A stretch of 64,000 nt of DNA from NCBI RefSeq assembly GCF_009914755.1, contig NC_060948.1, one strand, 5' to 3'. Below are positions 38,974 to 60,746 of this stretch, one piece after another. Made by a program: the position numbers and the translations under genes. The DNA comes from the human T2T-CHM13v2.0 reference genome, Homo sapiens. A model generated the notes under the pieces. That model worked only from the letters and a program-made list of their open reading frames with translations, was not told where the DNA came from and did not search any database. The number at the start of each line of letters is the position of its first letter. The stretch's first letter is position 1.

Positions 38974-41077
38974 AGATCCATATTTTTTAAATGAAAAAAA
39001 ATTTCAAAGGTACTCTGCTTGGTACAATAATCAAATGTATAAACTGAGGAATAAAACATAACCATGAAACCTACTTATAACTGCATATGGAAAATACAGA
39101 GGATAATTTTTTAAATAACATATTTTGAAAGCCTTAACTAGTAATTTGAAGAGTTGGCATTTGAAAGGCCAATATGAATATACCTTCAAAGCAGCAACAC
39201 AGGTTCCCCATGAGAAAAAGCAAACACAGGGAAAATAAAAACACAAAGGTTCAATCTCTTCTGACCTTTGAAAGACACAGCACAGACAGTGGTCCTTAGG
39301 ACGAAGAGCAGGAGACCCCTAATTCCGTCACCATGGCGATAGGGCATAAACATTGCTGGGTGAGGGCACAATCCACATTGTGAGGTCCAACTGCTGCCAG
39401 GAAGACAGGAGTGCTTTTACATAGACCGAAAGGTCATTGAAGGCTCAGAGTTTTGTTTCAAGAACTGAATCCCAAGCCCACACGTTATTAGGCTGCGCTT
39501 CTTAAAACAAGTTATGAGATGGGAAAAAGGGCACCCACAAACTTACGTATACATTATGTATATAATAATATACAGTATCATATATATAATATATATAACC
39601 TATGTATAATATTGTTTTACATCCTGCATCTTATGTTATATATATTGTATAAAATATAATAATTGATAATATATAAGTTTTATAATTATACAATATGACA
39701 TATAGTATATATTATAATTTATGACATATATAATATATGTTATATGTCATATATAGAATATATTATACGGTTAACATACGTATTAAATATAAATTATACA
39801 TTATATATATTATATATAATATATCTGTTATATGTAATACCCATTATGCATAATATATATATTATGTCTATGTTATATATAGTATAAAACAACATATAAT
39901 AATATATAATTGTATATATAAAATGCGATATATAATATATATTATATTTTATAACATATGTAATATATATTATATATTATATATAATACGTTGTATGTAT
40001 AATACCTATATTAAATATATATTATATGACTATGTTATTAATTACATGTCACATGTGTTATATATTATATATTTTACATAGAATATACTGGTTACATACA
40101 ATATATACTATGTTACCTATAATGTATAATTTATTACATGTAAAATAAAGAATGCAATATATTATGTAAAATTTATAATATACCATATGTGGAATGTCAT
40201 ATATATAACATATAATATATGATATATGATATACAGTATATGATATATAACATACAATATATGATTCCTAATATATATGGTATACAATATATATTTTATG
40301 ATATGTATTCTATATGTTTTATATTCTGTTATATATAACTATTTGAAATTATATATAACTGTATAATATTTTATGTAAATATGTAATATAATATATATAA
40401 TATATAATATATTATATATAACTATATATTATGTTATATATACTTTTATAACATAATTTACATAAAATATCATAATATAATATATATTATATTATTTCAT
40501 ATTACATAATATATATTACATATCACCCAATATAACTAACATACATAATATTATAATATAGATTATATTATGTTATATTAAATATCATATATATCATGTA
40601 TCATATATTCTATAATATATATTACACATTATATAATATGTATGTTGTCTATTATGTGATATATATAACTATATATATAATTATATTTTTATACATATAA
40701 CTAGATAAACATGTAATTCTACATATTTTCATTTATAATATGTAGAATTATATAATCATATATAATTATTTATATTCTATAAAAAATTTTATCATTATAT
40801 AAATTATAATATATAAAAATTATAATATGTACTACAAATATATATATTATATATCATATATGATATACTACCTTTGTTATATATCATAATACATATAAAT
40901 GTGTATTATGTTATCTATAATTATATAATTTCATATATAAGATGTATAATATGTATCATATATTACATATGTTATGTAATATATATAGTATATATAAGAT
41001 GACACAGGATAAATATTATATTCTATGACATATAAAATATATGAGGTTATATGTTACATATAAGGCATAGCACATAA

Positions 41078-41392
<315 letters not shown>

Positions 41393-43496
41393 AGATCCAT
41401 ATTTTTTAAATGAAAAAAAATTTCAAAGGTACTCTGCTTGGTACAATAATCAAATGTATAAACTGAGGAATAAAACATAACCATGAAACCTACTTATAAC
41501 TGCATATGGAAAATACAGAGGATAATTTTTTAAATAACATATTTTGAAAGCCTTAACTAGTAATTTGAAGAGTTGGCATTTGAAAGGCCAGTATGAATAT
41601 ACCTTCAAAGCAGCAACACAGGTTCCCCATGAGAAAAAGCAAACACAGGGAAAATAAAAACACAAAGGTTCAATCTCTTCTGACCTTTGAAAGACACAGC
41701 ACAGACAGTGGTCCTTAGGACGAAGAGCAGGAGACCCCTAATTCCGTCACCATGGCGATAGGGCATAAACATTGCTGGGTGAGGGCACAATCCACATTGT
41801 GAGGTCCAACTGCTGCCAGGAAGACAGGAGTGCTTTTACATAGACCGAAAGGTCATTGAAGGCTCAGAGTTTTGTTTCAAGAACTGAATCCCAAGCCCAC
41901 ACGTTATTAGGCTGCACTTCTTAAAACAAGTTATGAGATGGGAAAAAGGGCACCCACAAACATACGTATACATTATGTATATAATAATATACAGTATCAT
42001 ATATATAATATATATAACCTATGTATAATATTGTTTTACATCCTGCATCTTATGTTATATATATTGTATAAAATATAATAATTGATAATATATAAGTTTT
42101 ATAATTATACAATATGACATATAGTATATATTATAATTTATGACATATATAATATATGTTATATGTCATATATAGAATATATTATACGGTTAACATACGT
42201 ATTAAATATAAATTATACATTATATATATTATATATAATATATCTGTTATATGTAATACCCATTATGCATAATATATATATTATGTCTATGTTATATATA
42301 GTATAAAACAACATATAATAATATATAATTGTATATATAAAATGCGATATATAATATATATTATATTTTATAACATATGTAATATATATTATATATTATA
42401 TATAATACGTTGTATGTATAATACCTATATTAAATATATATTATATGACTATGATATTAATTACATGTCACATGTGTTATATATTATATATTTTACATAG
42501 AATATACTGGTTACATACAATATATACTATGTTACCTATAATGTATAATTTATTACATGTAAAATAAAGAATGCAATATATTATGTAAAATTTATAATAT
42601 ACCATATGCGGAATGTCATATATATAACATATAATATATGATATATGATATACAGTATATGATATATAACATACAATATATGATTCCTAATATATATGGT
42701 ATACAATATATATTTTATGATATGTATTCTATATGTTTTATATTCTGTTATATATAACTATTTGAAATTATATATAACTGTATAATATTTTATGTAAATA
42801 TGTAATATAATATATATAATATATAATATATTATATATAACTATATATTATGTTATATATACTTTTATAACATAATTTACATAAAATATCATAATATAAT
42901 ATATATTATATTATTTCATATTACATAATATATATTACATATCACCCAATATAACTAACATACATAATATTATAATATAGATTATATTATGTTATATTAA
43001 ATATCATATATATCATGTATCATATATTCTATAATATATATTACACATTATATAATATGTATGTTGTCTATTATGTGATATATATAACTATATATATAAT
43101 TATATTTTTATACATATAACTAGATAAACATGTAATTCTACATATTTTCATTTATAATATGTAGAATTATATAATCATATATAATTATTTATATTCTATA
43201 AAAAATTTTATCATTATATAAATTATAATATATAAAAATTATAATATGTACTACAAATATATATATTATATATCATATATGATATACTACCTTTGTTATA
43301 TATCATAATACATATAAATGTGTATTATGTTATCTATAATTATATAATTTCATATATAAGATGTATAATATGTATCATATATTACATATGTTATGTAATA
43401 TATATAGTATATATAAGATGACACAGGATAAATATTATATACTATGACATATAAAATATATGAGGTTATATGTTACATATAAGGCATAGCACATAA

Positions 43497-43811
<315 letters not shown>

Positions 43812-45915
43812 AGATCCATATTTTTTAAATGAAAAAAAATTTCAAAGGTACTCTGCTTGGTACAATAATCAAATGTATAAACTGAGGAATAAAACATAAC
43901 CATGAAACCTACTTATAACTGCATATGGAAAATACAGAGGATAATTTTTTAAATAACATATTTTGAAAGCCTTAACTAGTAATTTGAAGAGTTGGCATTT
44001 GAAAGGCCAGTATGAATATACCTTCAAAGCAGCAACACAGGTTCCCCATGAGAAAAAGCAAACACAGGGAAAATAAAAACACAAAGGTTCAATCTCTTCT
44101 GACCTTTGAAAGACACAGCACAGACAGTGGTCCTTAGGACGAAGAGCAGGAGACCCCTAATTCCGTCACCATGGCGATAGGGCATAAACATTGCTGGGTG
44201 AGGGCACAATCCACATTGTGAGGTCCAACTGCTGCCAGGAAGACAGGAGTGCTTTTACATAGACCGAAAGGTCATTGAAGGCTCAGAGTTTTGTTTCAAG
44301 AACTGAATCCCAAGCCCACACGTTATTAGGCTGCGCTTCTTAAAACAAGTTATGAGATGGGAAAAAGGGCACCCACAAACATACGTATACATTATGTATA
44401 TAATAATATACAGTATCATATATATAATATATATAACCTATGTATAATATTGTTTTACATCCTGCATCTTATGTTATATATATTGTATAAAATATAATAA
44501 TTGATAATATATAAGTTTTATATTTATACAATATGACATATAATATATATTATAATTTATGACATATATAATATATGTTATATATCATATATAGAATATA
44601 TTATACGGTTAATATACGTATTAAATATAAATTATACATTATGTATATTATATATAATATATCTGTTATATATAATAACCATTATGCATAATATATATAT
44701 TATGTCTATGTTATATATAGTATAAAACAACATATAATAATATATAATTGTCTATGTAAAATGCGACATATAATATATATTATATTTTATAACATATGTA
44801 ATATATATTATACATTATATATAATACGTTGTATGAATAATACCTATATTAAATATATATTATATGACTATGTTATTAATTACATGTCACATGTGTTATA
44901 TATTATATATTTTACATAGAAAATACCGGTTGCATACAATATATACTATGTTACCTATAATGTATAATTTATTACATGTAAAATAAAGAATGCAATATAT
45001 TATGTATAATTTATAATATACAATATGTGGAATGTGATATATATAACATATAATATATGATATATGATATACAGTATATGATATATAACATACAATATAT
45101 GATTCCTAATATATATGGTATACAATATATATTTTATGATATGTATTCTATACGTTTTATATTCTGTTATATATAACTATTTGAAATTATATATAACTGT
45201 ATAATATTTTATGTAAATATGTAATATAATATATATAACTATATAATATATTATATATAACTATATATTATGTTATATATACTTTTATAACATAATTTAC
45301 ATAAAATATCATAATATAATATATATTATATTATTTCATATTACATAATATATATTACATATCACCAATATAACTAACATACATAATATTATAATATAGA
45401 TTATATTGTGTTATATTAAATATCATATATATCATGTATCATATATTCTATAATATATAATACACATTATATAATATGTATGTTGTCTATTATGTGATAT
45501 ATATAACTATATATATAATTATATTTTTATACATATAACTAGATAAACATGTAATTCTACATATTTTCATTTATAATATGTAGAATTATATAATCATATA
45601 TAATTATTTATATTCTATAAAAAATTTTATCATTATATAAATTATAATATATAAAAATTATAATATGTACTACAAATATATATATTATATATCATATATG
45701 CTATAGTTCCTTTGTTATATATCATAATACATATAAATGTGTATTATGTTATCTATAATTATATAATTTCATATATAAGTTGTATAATATGTATCATATA
45801 TTATATATGTTATGTAATATATATAGTATATATAAGATGACACAGGATAAATATTATATACTATGACATATAAAATATATGAGGTTATATGTTACATATA
45901 AGGCATAGCACATAA

Positions 45916-46230
<315 letters not shown>

Positions 46231-48334
46231 AGATCCATATTTTTTAAATGAAAAAAAATTTCAAAGGTACTCTGCTTGGTACAATAATCAAATGTATAAA
46301 CTGAGGAATAAAACATAACCATGAAACCTACTTATAACTGCATATGGAAAATACAGAGGATAATTTTTTAAATAACATATTTTGAAAGCCTTAACTAGTA
46401 ATTTGAAGAGTTGGCATTTGAAAGGCCAGTATGAATATACCTTCAAAGCAGCAACACAGGTTCCCCATGAGAAAAAGCAAACACAGGGAAAATAAAAACA
46501 CAAAGGTTCAATCTCTTCTGACCTTTGAAAGACACAGCACAGACAGTGGTCCTTAGGACGAAGAGCAGGAGACCCCTAATTCCGTCACCATGGCGATAGG
46601 GCATAAACATTGCTGGGTGAGGGCACAATCCACATTGTGAGGTCCAACTGCTGCCAGGAAGACAGGAGTGCTTTTACATAGACCGAAAGGTCATTGAAGG
46701 CTCAGAGTTTTGTTTCAAGAACTGAATCCCAAGCCCACACGTTATTAGGCTGCGCTTCTTAAAACAAGTTATGAGATGGGAAAAAGGGCACCCACAAACA
46801 TACGTATACATTATGTATATAATAATATACAGTATCATATATATAATATATATAACCTATGTATAATATTGTTTTACATCCTGCATCTTATGTTATATAT
46901 ATTGTATAAAATATAATAATTGATAATATATAAGTTTTATATTTATACAATATGACATATAATATATATTATAATTTATGACATATATAATATATGTTAT
47001 ATATCATATATAGAATATATTATACGGTTAATATACGTATTAAATATAAATTATACATTATGTATATTATATATAATATATCTGTTATATATAATAACCA
47101 TTATGCATAATATATATATTATGTCTATGTTATATATAGTATAAAACAACATATAATAATATATAATTGTCTATGTAAAATGCGACATATAATATATATT
47201 ATATTTTATAACATATGTAATATATATTATACATTATATATAATACGTTGTATGAATAATACCTATATTAAATATATATTATATGACTATGTTATTAATT
47301 ACATGTCACATGTGTTATATATTATATATTTTACATAGAAAATACCGGTTGCATACAATATATACTATGTTACCTATAATGTATAATTTATTACATGTAA
47401 AATAAAGAATGCAATATATTATGTATAATTTATAATATACAATATGTGGAATGTGATATATATAACATATAATATATGATATATGATATACAGTATATGA
47501 TATATAACATACAATATATGATTCCTAATATATATGGTATACAATATATATTTTATGATATGTATTCTATACGTTTTATATTCTGTTATATATAACTATT
47601 TGAAATTATATATAACTGTATAATATTTTATGTAAATATGTAATATAATATATATAACTATATAATATATTATATATAACTATATATTATGTTATATATA
47701 CTTTTATAACATAATTTACATAAAATATCATAATATAATATATATTATATTATTTCATATTACATAATATATATTACATATCACCAATATAACTAACATA
47801 CATAATATTATAATATAGATTATATTGTGTTATATTAAATATCATATATATCATGTATCATATATTCTATAATATATAATACACATTATATAATATGTAT
47901 GTTGTCTATTATGTGATATATATAACTATATATATAATTATATTTTTATACATATAACTAGATAAACATGTAATTCTACATATTTTCATTTATAATATGT
48001 AGAATTATATAATCATATATAATTATTTATATTCTATAAAAAATTTTATCATTATATAAATTATAATATATAAAAATTATAATATGTACTACAAATATAT
48101 ATATTATATATCATATATGCTATAGTTCCTTTGTTATATATCATAATACATATAAATGTGTATTATGTTATCTATAATTATATAATTTCATATATAAGTT
48201 GTATAATATGTATCATATATTATATATGTTATGTAATATATATAGTATATATAAGATGACACAGGATAAATATTATATACTATGACATATAAAATATATG
48301 AGGTTATATGTTACATATAAGGCATAGCACATAA

Positions 48335-48649
<315 letters not shown>

Positions 48650-50753
48650 AGATCCATATTTTTTAAATGAAAAAAAATTTCAAAGGTACTCTGCTTGGTA
48701 CAATAATCAAATGTATAAACTGAGGAATAAAACATAACCATGAAACCTACTTATAACTGCATATGGAAAATACAGAGGATAATTTTTTAAATAACATATT
48801 TTGAAAGCCTTAACTAGTAATTTGAAGAGTTGGCATTTGAAAGGCCAGTATGAATATACCTTCAAAGCAGCAACACAGGTTCCCCATGAGAAAAAGCAAA
48901 CACAGGGAAAATAAAAACACAAAGGTTCAATCTCTTCTGACCTTTGAAAGACACAGCACAGACAGTGGTCCTTAGGACGAAGAGCAGGAGACCCCTAATT
49001 CCGTCACCATGGCGATAGGGCATAAACATTGCTGGGTGAGGGCACAATCCACATTGTGAGGTCCAACTGCTGCCAGGAAGACAGGAGTGCTTTTACATAG
49101 ACCGAAAGGTCATTGAAGGCTCAGAGTTTTGTTTCAAGAACTGAATCCCAAGCCCACACGTTATTAGGCTGCGCTTCTTAAAACAAGTTATGAGATGGGA
49201 AAAAGGGCACCCACAAACATACGTATACATTATGTATATAATAATATACAGTATCATATATATAATATATATAACCTATGTATAATATTGTTTTACATCC
49301 TGCATCTTATGTTATATATATTGTATAAAATATAATAATTGATAATATATAAGTTTTATATTTATACAATATGACATATAATATATATTATAATTTATGA
49401 CATATATAATATATGTTATATATCATATATAGAATATATTATACGGTTAATATACGTATTAAATATAAATTATACATTATGTATATTATATATAATATAT
49501 CTGTTATATATAATAACCATTATGCATAATATATATATTATGTCTATGTTATATATAGTATAAAACAACATATAATAATATATAATTGTCTATGTAAAAT
49601 GCGACATATAATATATATTATATTTTATAACATATGTAATATATATTATACATTATATATAATACGTTGTATGAATAATACCTATATTAAATATATATTA
49701 TATGACTATGTTATTAATTACATGTCACATGTGTTATATATTATATATTTTACATAGAAAATACCGGTTGCATACAATATATACTATGTTACCTATAATG
49801 TATAATTTATTACATGTAAAATAAAGAATGCAATATATTATGTATAATTTATAATATACAATATGTGGAATGTGATATATATAACATATAATATATGATA
49901 TATGATATACAGTATATGATATATAACATACAATATATGATTCCTAATATATATGGTATACAATATATATTTTATGATATGTATTCTATACGTTTTATAT
50001 TCTGTTATATATAACTATTTGAAATTATATATAACTGTATAATATTTTATGTAAATATGTAATATAATATATATAACTATATAATATATTATATATAACT
50101 ATATATTATGTTATATATACTTTTATAACATAATTTACATAAAATATCATAATATAATATATATTATATTATTTCATATTACATAATATATATTACATAT
50201 CACCAATATAACTAACATACATAATATTATAATATAGATTATATTGTGTTATATTAAATATCATATATATCATGTATCATATATTCTATAATATATAATA
50301 CACATTATATAATATGTATGTTGTCTATTATGTGATATATATAACTATATATATAATTATATTTTTATACATATAACTAGATAAACATGTAATTCTACAT
50401 ATTTTCATTTATAATATGTAGAATTATATAATCATATATAATTATTTATATTCTATAAAAAATTTTATCATTATATAAATTATAATATATAAAAATTATA
50501 ATATGTACTACAAATATATATATTATATATCATATATGCTATAGTTCCTTTGTTATATATCATAATACATATAAATGTGTATTATGTTATCTATAATTAT
50601 ATAATTTCATATATAAGTTGTATAATATGTATCATATATTATATATGTTATGTAATATATATAGTATATATAAGATGACACAGGATAAATATTATATACT
50701 ATGACATATAAAATATATGAGGTTATATGTTACATATAAGGCATAGCACATAA

Positions 50754-51068
<315 letters not shown>

Positions 51069-53173
51069 AGATCCATATTTTTTAAATGAAAAAAAATTTC
51101 AAAGGTACTCTGCTTGGTACAATAATCAAATGTATAAACTGAGGAATAAAACATAACCATGAAACCTACTTATAACTGCATATGGAAAATACAGAGGATA
51201 ATTTTTTAAATAACATATTTTGAAAGCCTTAACTAGTAATTTGAAGAGTTGGCATTTGAAAGGCCAGTATGAATATACCTTCAAAGCAGCAACACAGGTT
51301 CCCCATGAGAAAAAGCAAACACAGGGAAAATAAAAACACAAAGGTTCAATCTCTTCTGACCTTTGAAAGACACAGCACAGACAGTGGTCCTTAGGACGAA
51401 GAGCAGGAGACCCCTAATTCCGTCACCATGGCGATAGGGCATAAACATTGCTGGGTGAGGGCACAATCCACATTGTGAGGTCCAACTGCTGCCAGGAAGA
51501 CAGGAGTGCTTTTACATAGACCGAAAGGTCATTGAAGGCTCAGAGTTTTGTTTCAAGAACTGAATCCCAAGCCCACACGTTATTAGGCTGCGCTTCTTAA
51601 AACAAGTTATGAGATGGGAAAAAGGGCACCCACAAACATACGTATACATTATGTATATAATAATATACAGTATCATATATATAATATATATAACCTATGT
51701 ATAATATTGTTTTACATCCTGCATCTTATGTTATATATATTGTATAAAATATAATAATTGATAATATATAAGTTTTATAATTATACAATATGACATATAG
51801 TATATATTATAATTTATGGCATATATAATATATGTTATATATCATATATAGAATATATTATACGGTTAATATACGTATTAAATATAAATTATACATTATA
51901 TATATTATATATAATATATCTGTTATATATAATACCCATTATGCATAATATATATATTATGTCTATGTTATATATAGTATAAAACAACATATAATAATAT
52001 ATAATTGTATATATACAATGCGACATATAATATATATTATATTTTATAACATATGTAATATATATTATATATTATATATAATACGTTGTATGTATAATAC
52101 CTATATTAAATATATATTATATGACTATGTTATTAATTACATGTCACATGTGTTATATATTATATATTTTACATAGAATATACCGGTTACATACAATATA
52201 TACTATGTTACCTATAATGTATAATTTATTACATGTAAAATAAAGAATGCAATATATTATGTATAATTTATAATATACAATATGTGGAATGTGATATATA
52301 TAACATATAATATATGATATATGATATACAGTATATGATATATAACATACAATATATGATTCCTAATATATATGGTATACAATATATATTTTATGATATG
52401 TATTCTATATGTTTTATATTCTGTTATATATAACTATTTGAAATTATATATAACTGTATAATATTTTATGTAAATATGTAATATAATATATATAACTATA
52501 TAATATGTTATATATAACTATATATTATGTTATATATACTTTTATAACATAATTTACATAAAATATCATAATATAATATATATTATATTATTTCATATTA
52601 CATTATATATATTACATATCACCCAATATAACTAACATACATAATATTATAATATAGATTATATTGTGTTATATTAAATATCATATATATCATGTATCAT
52701 ATATTCTATAATATATATTACACATTATATAATATGTATGTTGTCTATTATGTGATATATATAACTATATATATAATTATATTTTTATACATATAACTAG
52801 ATAAACATGTAATTCTACATCTTTTCATTTATAATATGTAGAATTATATAATCATATATAATTATTTATATTCTATAAAAAATTTTATCATTATATAAAT
52901 TATAATATATAAAAATTATAATATGTACTACACATATATATATTATATATCATATATGATATAGTACCATTGTTATATATCATAATACATATAAATGTGT
53001 ATTATGTTATCTATAATTATATAATTTCATATATAAGATGTATAATATGTATCATATATTATATATGTTATGTAATATATATAGTATATATAAGATGACA
53101 CAGGATAAATATTATATACTATGACATATAAAATATATGAGGTTATATGTTACATATAAGGCATAGCACATAA

Positions 53174-53488
<315 letters not shown>

Positions 53489-55592
53489 AGATCCATATTT
53501 TTTAAATGAAAAAAAATTTCAAAGGTACTCTGCTTGGTACAATAATCAAATGTATAAACTGAGGAATAAAACATAACCATGAAACCTACTTATAACTGCA
53601 TATGGAAAATACAGAGGATAATTTTTTAAATAACATATTTTGAAAGCCTTAACTAGTAATTTGAAGAGTTGGCATTTGAAAGGCCAGTATGAATATACCT
53701 TCAAAGCAGCAACACAGGTTCCCCATGAGAAAAAGCAAACACAGGGAAAATAAAAACACAAAGGTTCAATCTCTTCTGACCTTTGAAAGACACAGCACAG
53801 ACAGTGGTCCTTAGGACGAAGAGCAGGAGACCCCTAATTCCGTCACCATGGCGATAGGGCATAAACATTGCTGGGTGAGGGCACAATCCACATTGTGAGG
53901 TCCAACTGCTGCCAGGAAGACAGGAGTGCTTTTACATAGACCGAAAGGTCATTGAAGGCTCAGAGTTTTGTTTCAAGAACTGAATCCCAAGCCCACACGT
54001 TATTAGGCTGCGCTTCTTAAAACAAGTTATGAGATGGGAAAAAGGGCACCCACAAACATACGTATACATTATGTATATAATAATATACAGTATCATATAT
54101 ATAATATATATAACCTATGTATAATATTGTTTTACATCCTGCATCTTATGTTATATATATTGTATAAAATATAATAATTGATAATATATAAGTTTTATAT
54201 TTATACAATATGACATATAATATATATTATAATTTATGACATATATAATATATGTTATATATCATATATAGAATATATTATACGGTTAATATACGTATTA
54301 AATATAAATTATACATTATGTATATTATATATAATATATCTGTTATATATAATAACCATTATGCATAATATATATATTATGTCTATGTTATATATAGTAT
54401 AAAACAACATATAATAATATATAATTGTCTATGTAAAATGCGACATATAATATATATTATATTTTATAACATATGTAATATATATTATACATTATATATA
54501 ATACGTTGTATGAATAATACCTATATTAAATATATATTATATGACTATGTTATTAATTACATGTCACATGTGTTATATATTATATATTTTACATAGAAAA
54601 TACCGGTTGCATACAATATATACTATGTTACCTATAATGTATAATTTATTACATGTAAAATAAAGAATGCAATATATTATGTATAATTTATAATATACAA
54701 TATGTGGAATGTGATATATATAACATATAATATATGATATATGATATACAGTATATGATATATAACATACAATATATGATTCCTAATATATATGGTATAC
54801 AATATATATTTTATGATATGTATTCTATACGTTTTATATTCTGTTATATATAACTATTTGAAATTATATATAACTGTATAATATTTTATGTAAATATGTA
54901 ATATAATATATATAACTATATAATATATTATATATAACTATATATTATGTTATATATACTTTTATAACATAATTTACATAAAATATCATAATATAATATA
55001 TATTATATTATTTCATATTACATAATATATATTACATATCACCAATATAACTAACATACATAATATTATAATATAGATTATATTGTGTTATATTAAATAT
55101 CATATATATCATGTATCATATATTCTATAATATATAATACACATTATATAATATGTATGTTGTCTATTATGTGATATATATAACTATATATATAATTATA
55201 TTTTTATACATATAACTAGATAAACATGTAATTCTACATATTTTCATTTATAATATGTAGAATTATATAATCATATATAATTATTTATATTCTATAAAAA
55301 ATTTTATCATTATATAAATTATAATATATAAAAATTATAATATGTACTACAAATATATATATTATATATCATATATGCTATAGTTCCTTTGTTATATATC
55401 ATAATACATATAAATGTGTATTATGTTATCTATAATTATATAATTTCATATATAAGTTGTATAATATGTATCATATATTATATATGTTATGTAATATATA
55501 TAGTATATATAAGATGACACAGGATAAATATTATATACTATGACATATAAAATATATGAGGTTATATGTTACATATAAGGCATAGCACATAA

Positions 55593-55907
<315 letters not shown>

Positions 55908-58012
55908 AGATCCATATTTTTTAAATGAAAAAAAATTTCAAAGGTACTCTGCTTGGTACAATAATCAAATGTATAAACTGAGGAATAAAACATAACCATG
56001 AAACCTACTTATAACTGCATATGGAAAATACAGAGGATAATTTTTTAAATAACATATTTTGAAAGCCTTAACTAGTAATTTGAAGAGTTGGCATTTGAAA
56101 GGCCAGTATGAATATACCTTCAAAGCAGCAACACAGGTTCCCCATGAGAAAAAGCAAACACAGGGAAAATAAAAACACAAAGGTTCAATCTCTTCTGACC
56201 TTTGAAAGACACAGCACAGACAGTGGTCCTTAGGACGAAGAGCAGGAGACCCCTAATTCCGTCACCATGGCGATAGGGCATAAACATTGCTGGGTGAGGG
56301 CACAATCCACATTGTGAGGTCCAACTGCTGCCAGGAAGACAGGAGTGCTTTTACATAGACCGAAAGGTCATTGAAGGCTCAGAGTTTTGTTTCAAGAACT
56401 GAATCCCAAGCCCACACGTTATTAGGCTGCGCTTCTTAAAACAAGTTATGAGATGGGAAAAAGGGCACCCACAAACATACGTATACATTATGTATATAAT
56501 AATATACAGTATCATATATATAATATATATAACCTATGTATAATATTGTTTTACATCCTGCATCTTATGTTATATATATTGTATAAAATATAATAATTGA
56601 TAATATATAAGTTTTATAATTATACAATATGACATATAGTATATATTATAATTTATGGCATATATAATATATGTTATATATCATATATAGAATATATTAT
56701 ACGGTTAATATACGTATTAAATATAAATTATACATTATATATATTATATATAATATATCTGTTATATATAATACCCATTATGCATAATATATATATTATG
56801 TCTATGTTATATATAGTATAAAACAACATATAATAATATATAATTGTATATATACAATGCGACATATAATATATATTATATTTTATAACATATGTAATAT
56901 ATATTATATATTATATATAATACGTTGTATGTATAATACCTATATTAAATATATATTATATGACTATGTTATTAATTACATGTCACATGTGTTATATATT
57001 ATATATTTTACATAGAATATACCGGTTACATACAATATATACTATGTTACCTATAATGTATAATTTATTACATGTAAAATAAAGAATGCAATATATTATG
57101 TATAATTTATAATATACAATATGTGGAATGTGATATATATAACATATAATATATGATATATGATATACAGTATATGATATATAACATACAATATATGATT
57201 CCTAATATATATGGTATACAATATATATTTTATGATATGTATTCTATATGTTTTATATTCTGTTATATATAACTATTTGAAATTATATATAACTGTATAA
57301 TATTTTATGTAAATATGTAATATAATATATATAACTATATAATATGTTATATATAACTATATATTATGTTATATATACTTTTATAACATAATTTACATAA
57401 AATATCATAATATAATATATATTATATTATTTCATATTACATTATATATATTACATATCACCCAATATAACTAACATACATAATATTATAATATAGATTA
57501 TATTGTGTTATATTAAATATCATATATATCATGTATCATATATTCTATAATATATATTACACATTATATAATATGTATGTTGTCTATTATGTGATATATA
57601 TAACTATATATATAATTATATTTTTATACATATAACTAGATAAACATGTAATTCTACATCTTTTCATTTATAATATGTAGAATTATATAATCATATATAA
57701 TTATTTATATTCTATAAAAAATTTTATCATTATATAAATTATAATATATAAAAATTATAATATGTACTACACATATATATATTATATATCATATATGATA
57801 TAGTACCATTGTTATATATCATAATACATATAAATGTGTATTATGTTATCTATAATTATATAATTTCATATATAAGATGTATAATATGTATCATATATTA
57901 TATATGTTATGTAATATATATAGTATATATAAGATGACACAGGATAAATATTATATACTATGACATATAAAATATATGAGGTTATATGTTACATATAAGG
58001 CATAGCACATAA

Positions 58013-58327
<315 letters not shown>

Positions 58328-60431
58328 AGATCCATATTTTTTAAATGAAAAAAAATTTCAAAGGTACTCTGCTTGGTACAATAATCAAATGTATAAACTG
58401 AGGAATAAAACATAACCATGAAACCTACTTATAACTGCATATGGAAAATACAGAGGATAATTTTTTAAATAACATATTTTGAAAGCCTTAACTAGTAATT
58501 TGAAGAGTTGGCATTTGAAAGGCCAGTATGAATATACCTTCAAAGCAGCAACACAGGTTCCCCATGAGAAAAAGCAAACACAGGGAAAATAAAAACACAA
58601 AGGTTCAATCTCTTCTGACCTTTGAAAGACACAGCACAGACAGTGGTCCTTAGGACGAAGAGCAGGAGACCCCTAATTCCGTCACCATGGCGATAGGGCA
58701 TAAACATTGCTGGGTGAGGGCACAATCCACATTGTGAGGTCCAACTGCTGCCAGGAAGACAGGAGTGCTTTTACATAGACCGAAAGGTCATTGAAGGCTC
58801 AGAGTTTTGTTTCAAGAACTGAATCCCAAGCCCACACGTTATTAGGCTGCGCTTCTTAAAACAAGTTATGAGATGGGAAAAAGGGCACCCACAAACATAC
58901 GTATACATTATGTATATAATAATATACAGTATCATATATATAATATATATAACCTATGTATAATATTGTTTTACATCCTGCATCTTATGTTATATATATT
59001 GTATAAAATATAATAATTGATAATATATAAGTTTTATATTTATACAATATGACATATAATATATATTATAATTTATGACATATATAATATATGTTATATA
59101 TCATATATAGAATATATTATACGGTTAATATACGTATTAAATATAAATTATACATTATGTATATTATATATAATATATCTGTTATATATAATAACCATTA
59201 TGCATAATATATATATTATGTCTATGTTATATATAGTATAAAACAACATATAATAATATATAATTGTCTATGTAAAATGCGACATATAATATATATTATA
59301 TTTTATAACATATGTAATATATATTATACATTATATATAATACGTTGTATGAATAATACCTATATTAAATATATATTATATGACTATGTTATTAATTACA
59401 TGTCACATGTGTTATATATTATATATTTTACATAGAAAATACCGGTTGCATACAATATATACTATGTTACCTATAATGTATAATTTATTACATGTAAAAT
59501 AAAGAATGCAATATATTATGTATAATTTATAATATACAATATGTGGAATGTGATATATATAACATATAATATATGATATATGATATACAGTATATGATAT
59601 ATAACATACAATATATGATTCCTAATATATATGGTATACAATATATATTTTATGATATGTATTCTATACGTTTTATATTCTGTTATATATAACTATTTGA
59701 AATTATATATAACTGTATAATATTTTATGTAAATATGTAATATAATATATATAACTATATAATATATTATATATAACTATATATTATGTTATATATACTT
59801 TTATAACATAATTTACATAAAATATCATAATATAATATATATTATATTATTTCATATTACATAATATATATTACATATCACCAATATAACTAACATACAT
59901 AATATTATAATATAGATTATATTGTGTTATATTAAATATCATATATATCATGTATCATATATTCTATAATATATAATACACATTATATAATATGTATGTT
60001 GTCTATTATGTGATATATATAACTATATATATAATTATATTTTTATACATATAACTAGATAAACATGTAATTCTACATATTTTCATTTATAATATGTAGA
60101 ATTATATAATCATATATAATTATTTATATTCTATAAAAAATTTTATCATTATATAAATTATAATATATAAAAATTATAATATGTACTACAAATATATATA
60201 TTATATATCATATATGCTATAGTTCCTTTGTTATATATCATAATACATATAAATGTGTATTATGTTATCTATAATTATATAATTTCATATATAAGTTGTA
60301 TAATATGTATCATATATTATATATGTTATGTAATATATATAGTATATATAAGATGACACAGGATAAATATTATATACTATGACATATAAAATATATGAGG
60401 TTATATGTTACATATAAGGCATAGCACATAA

Positions 60432-60746
<315 letters not shown>
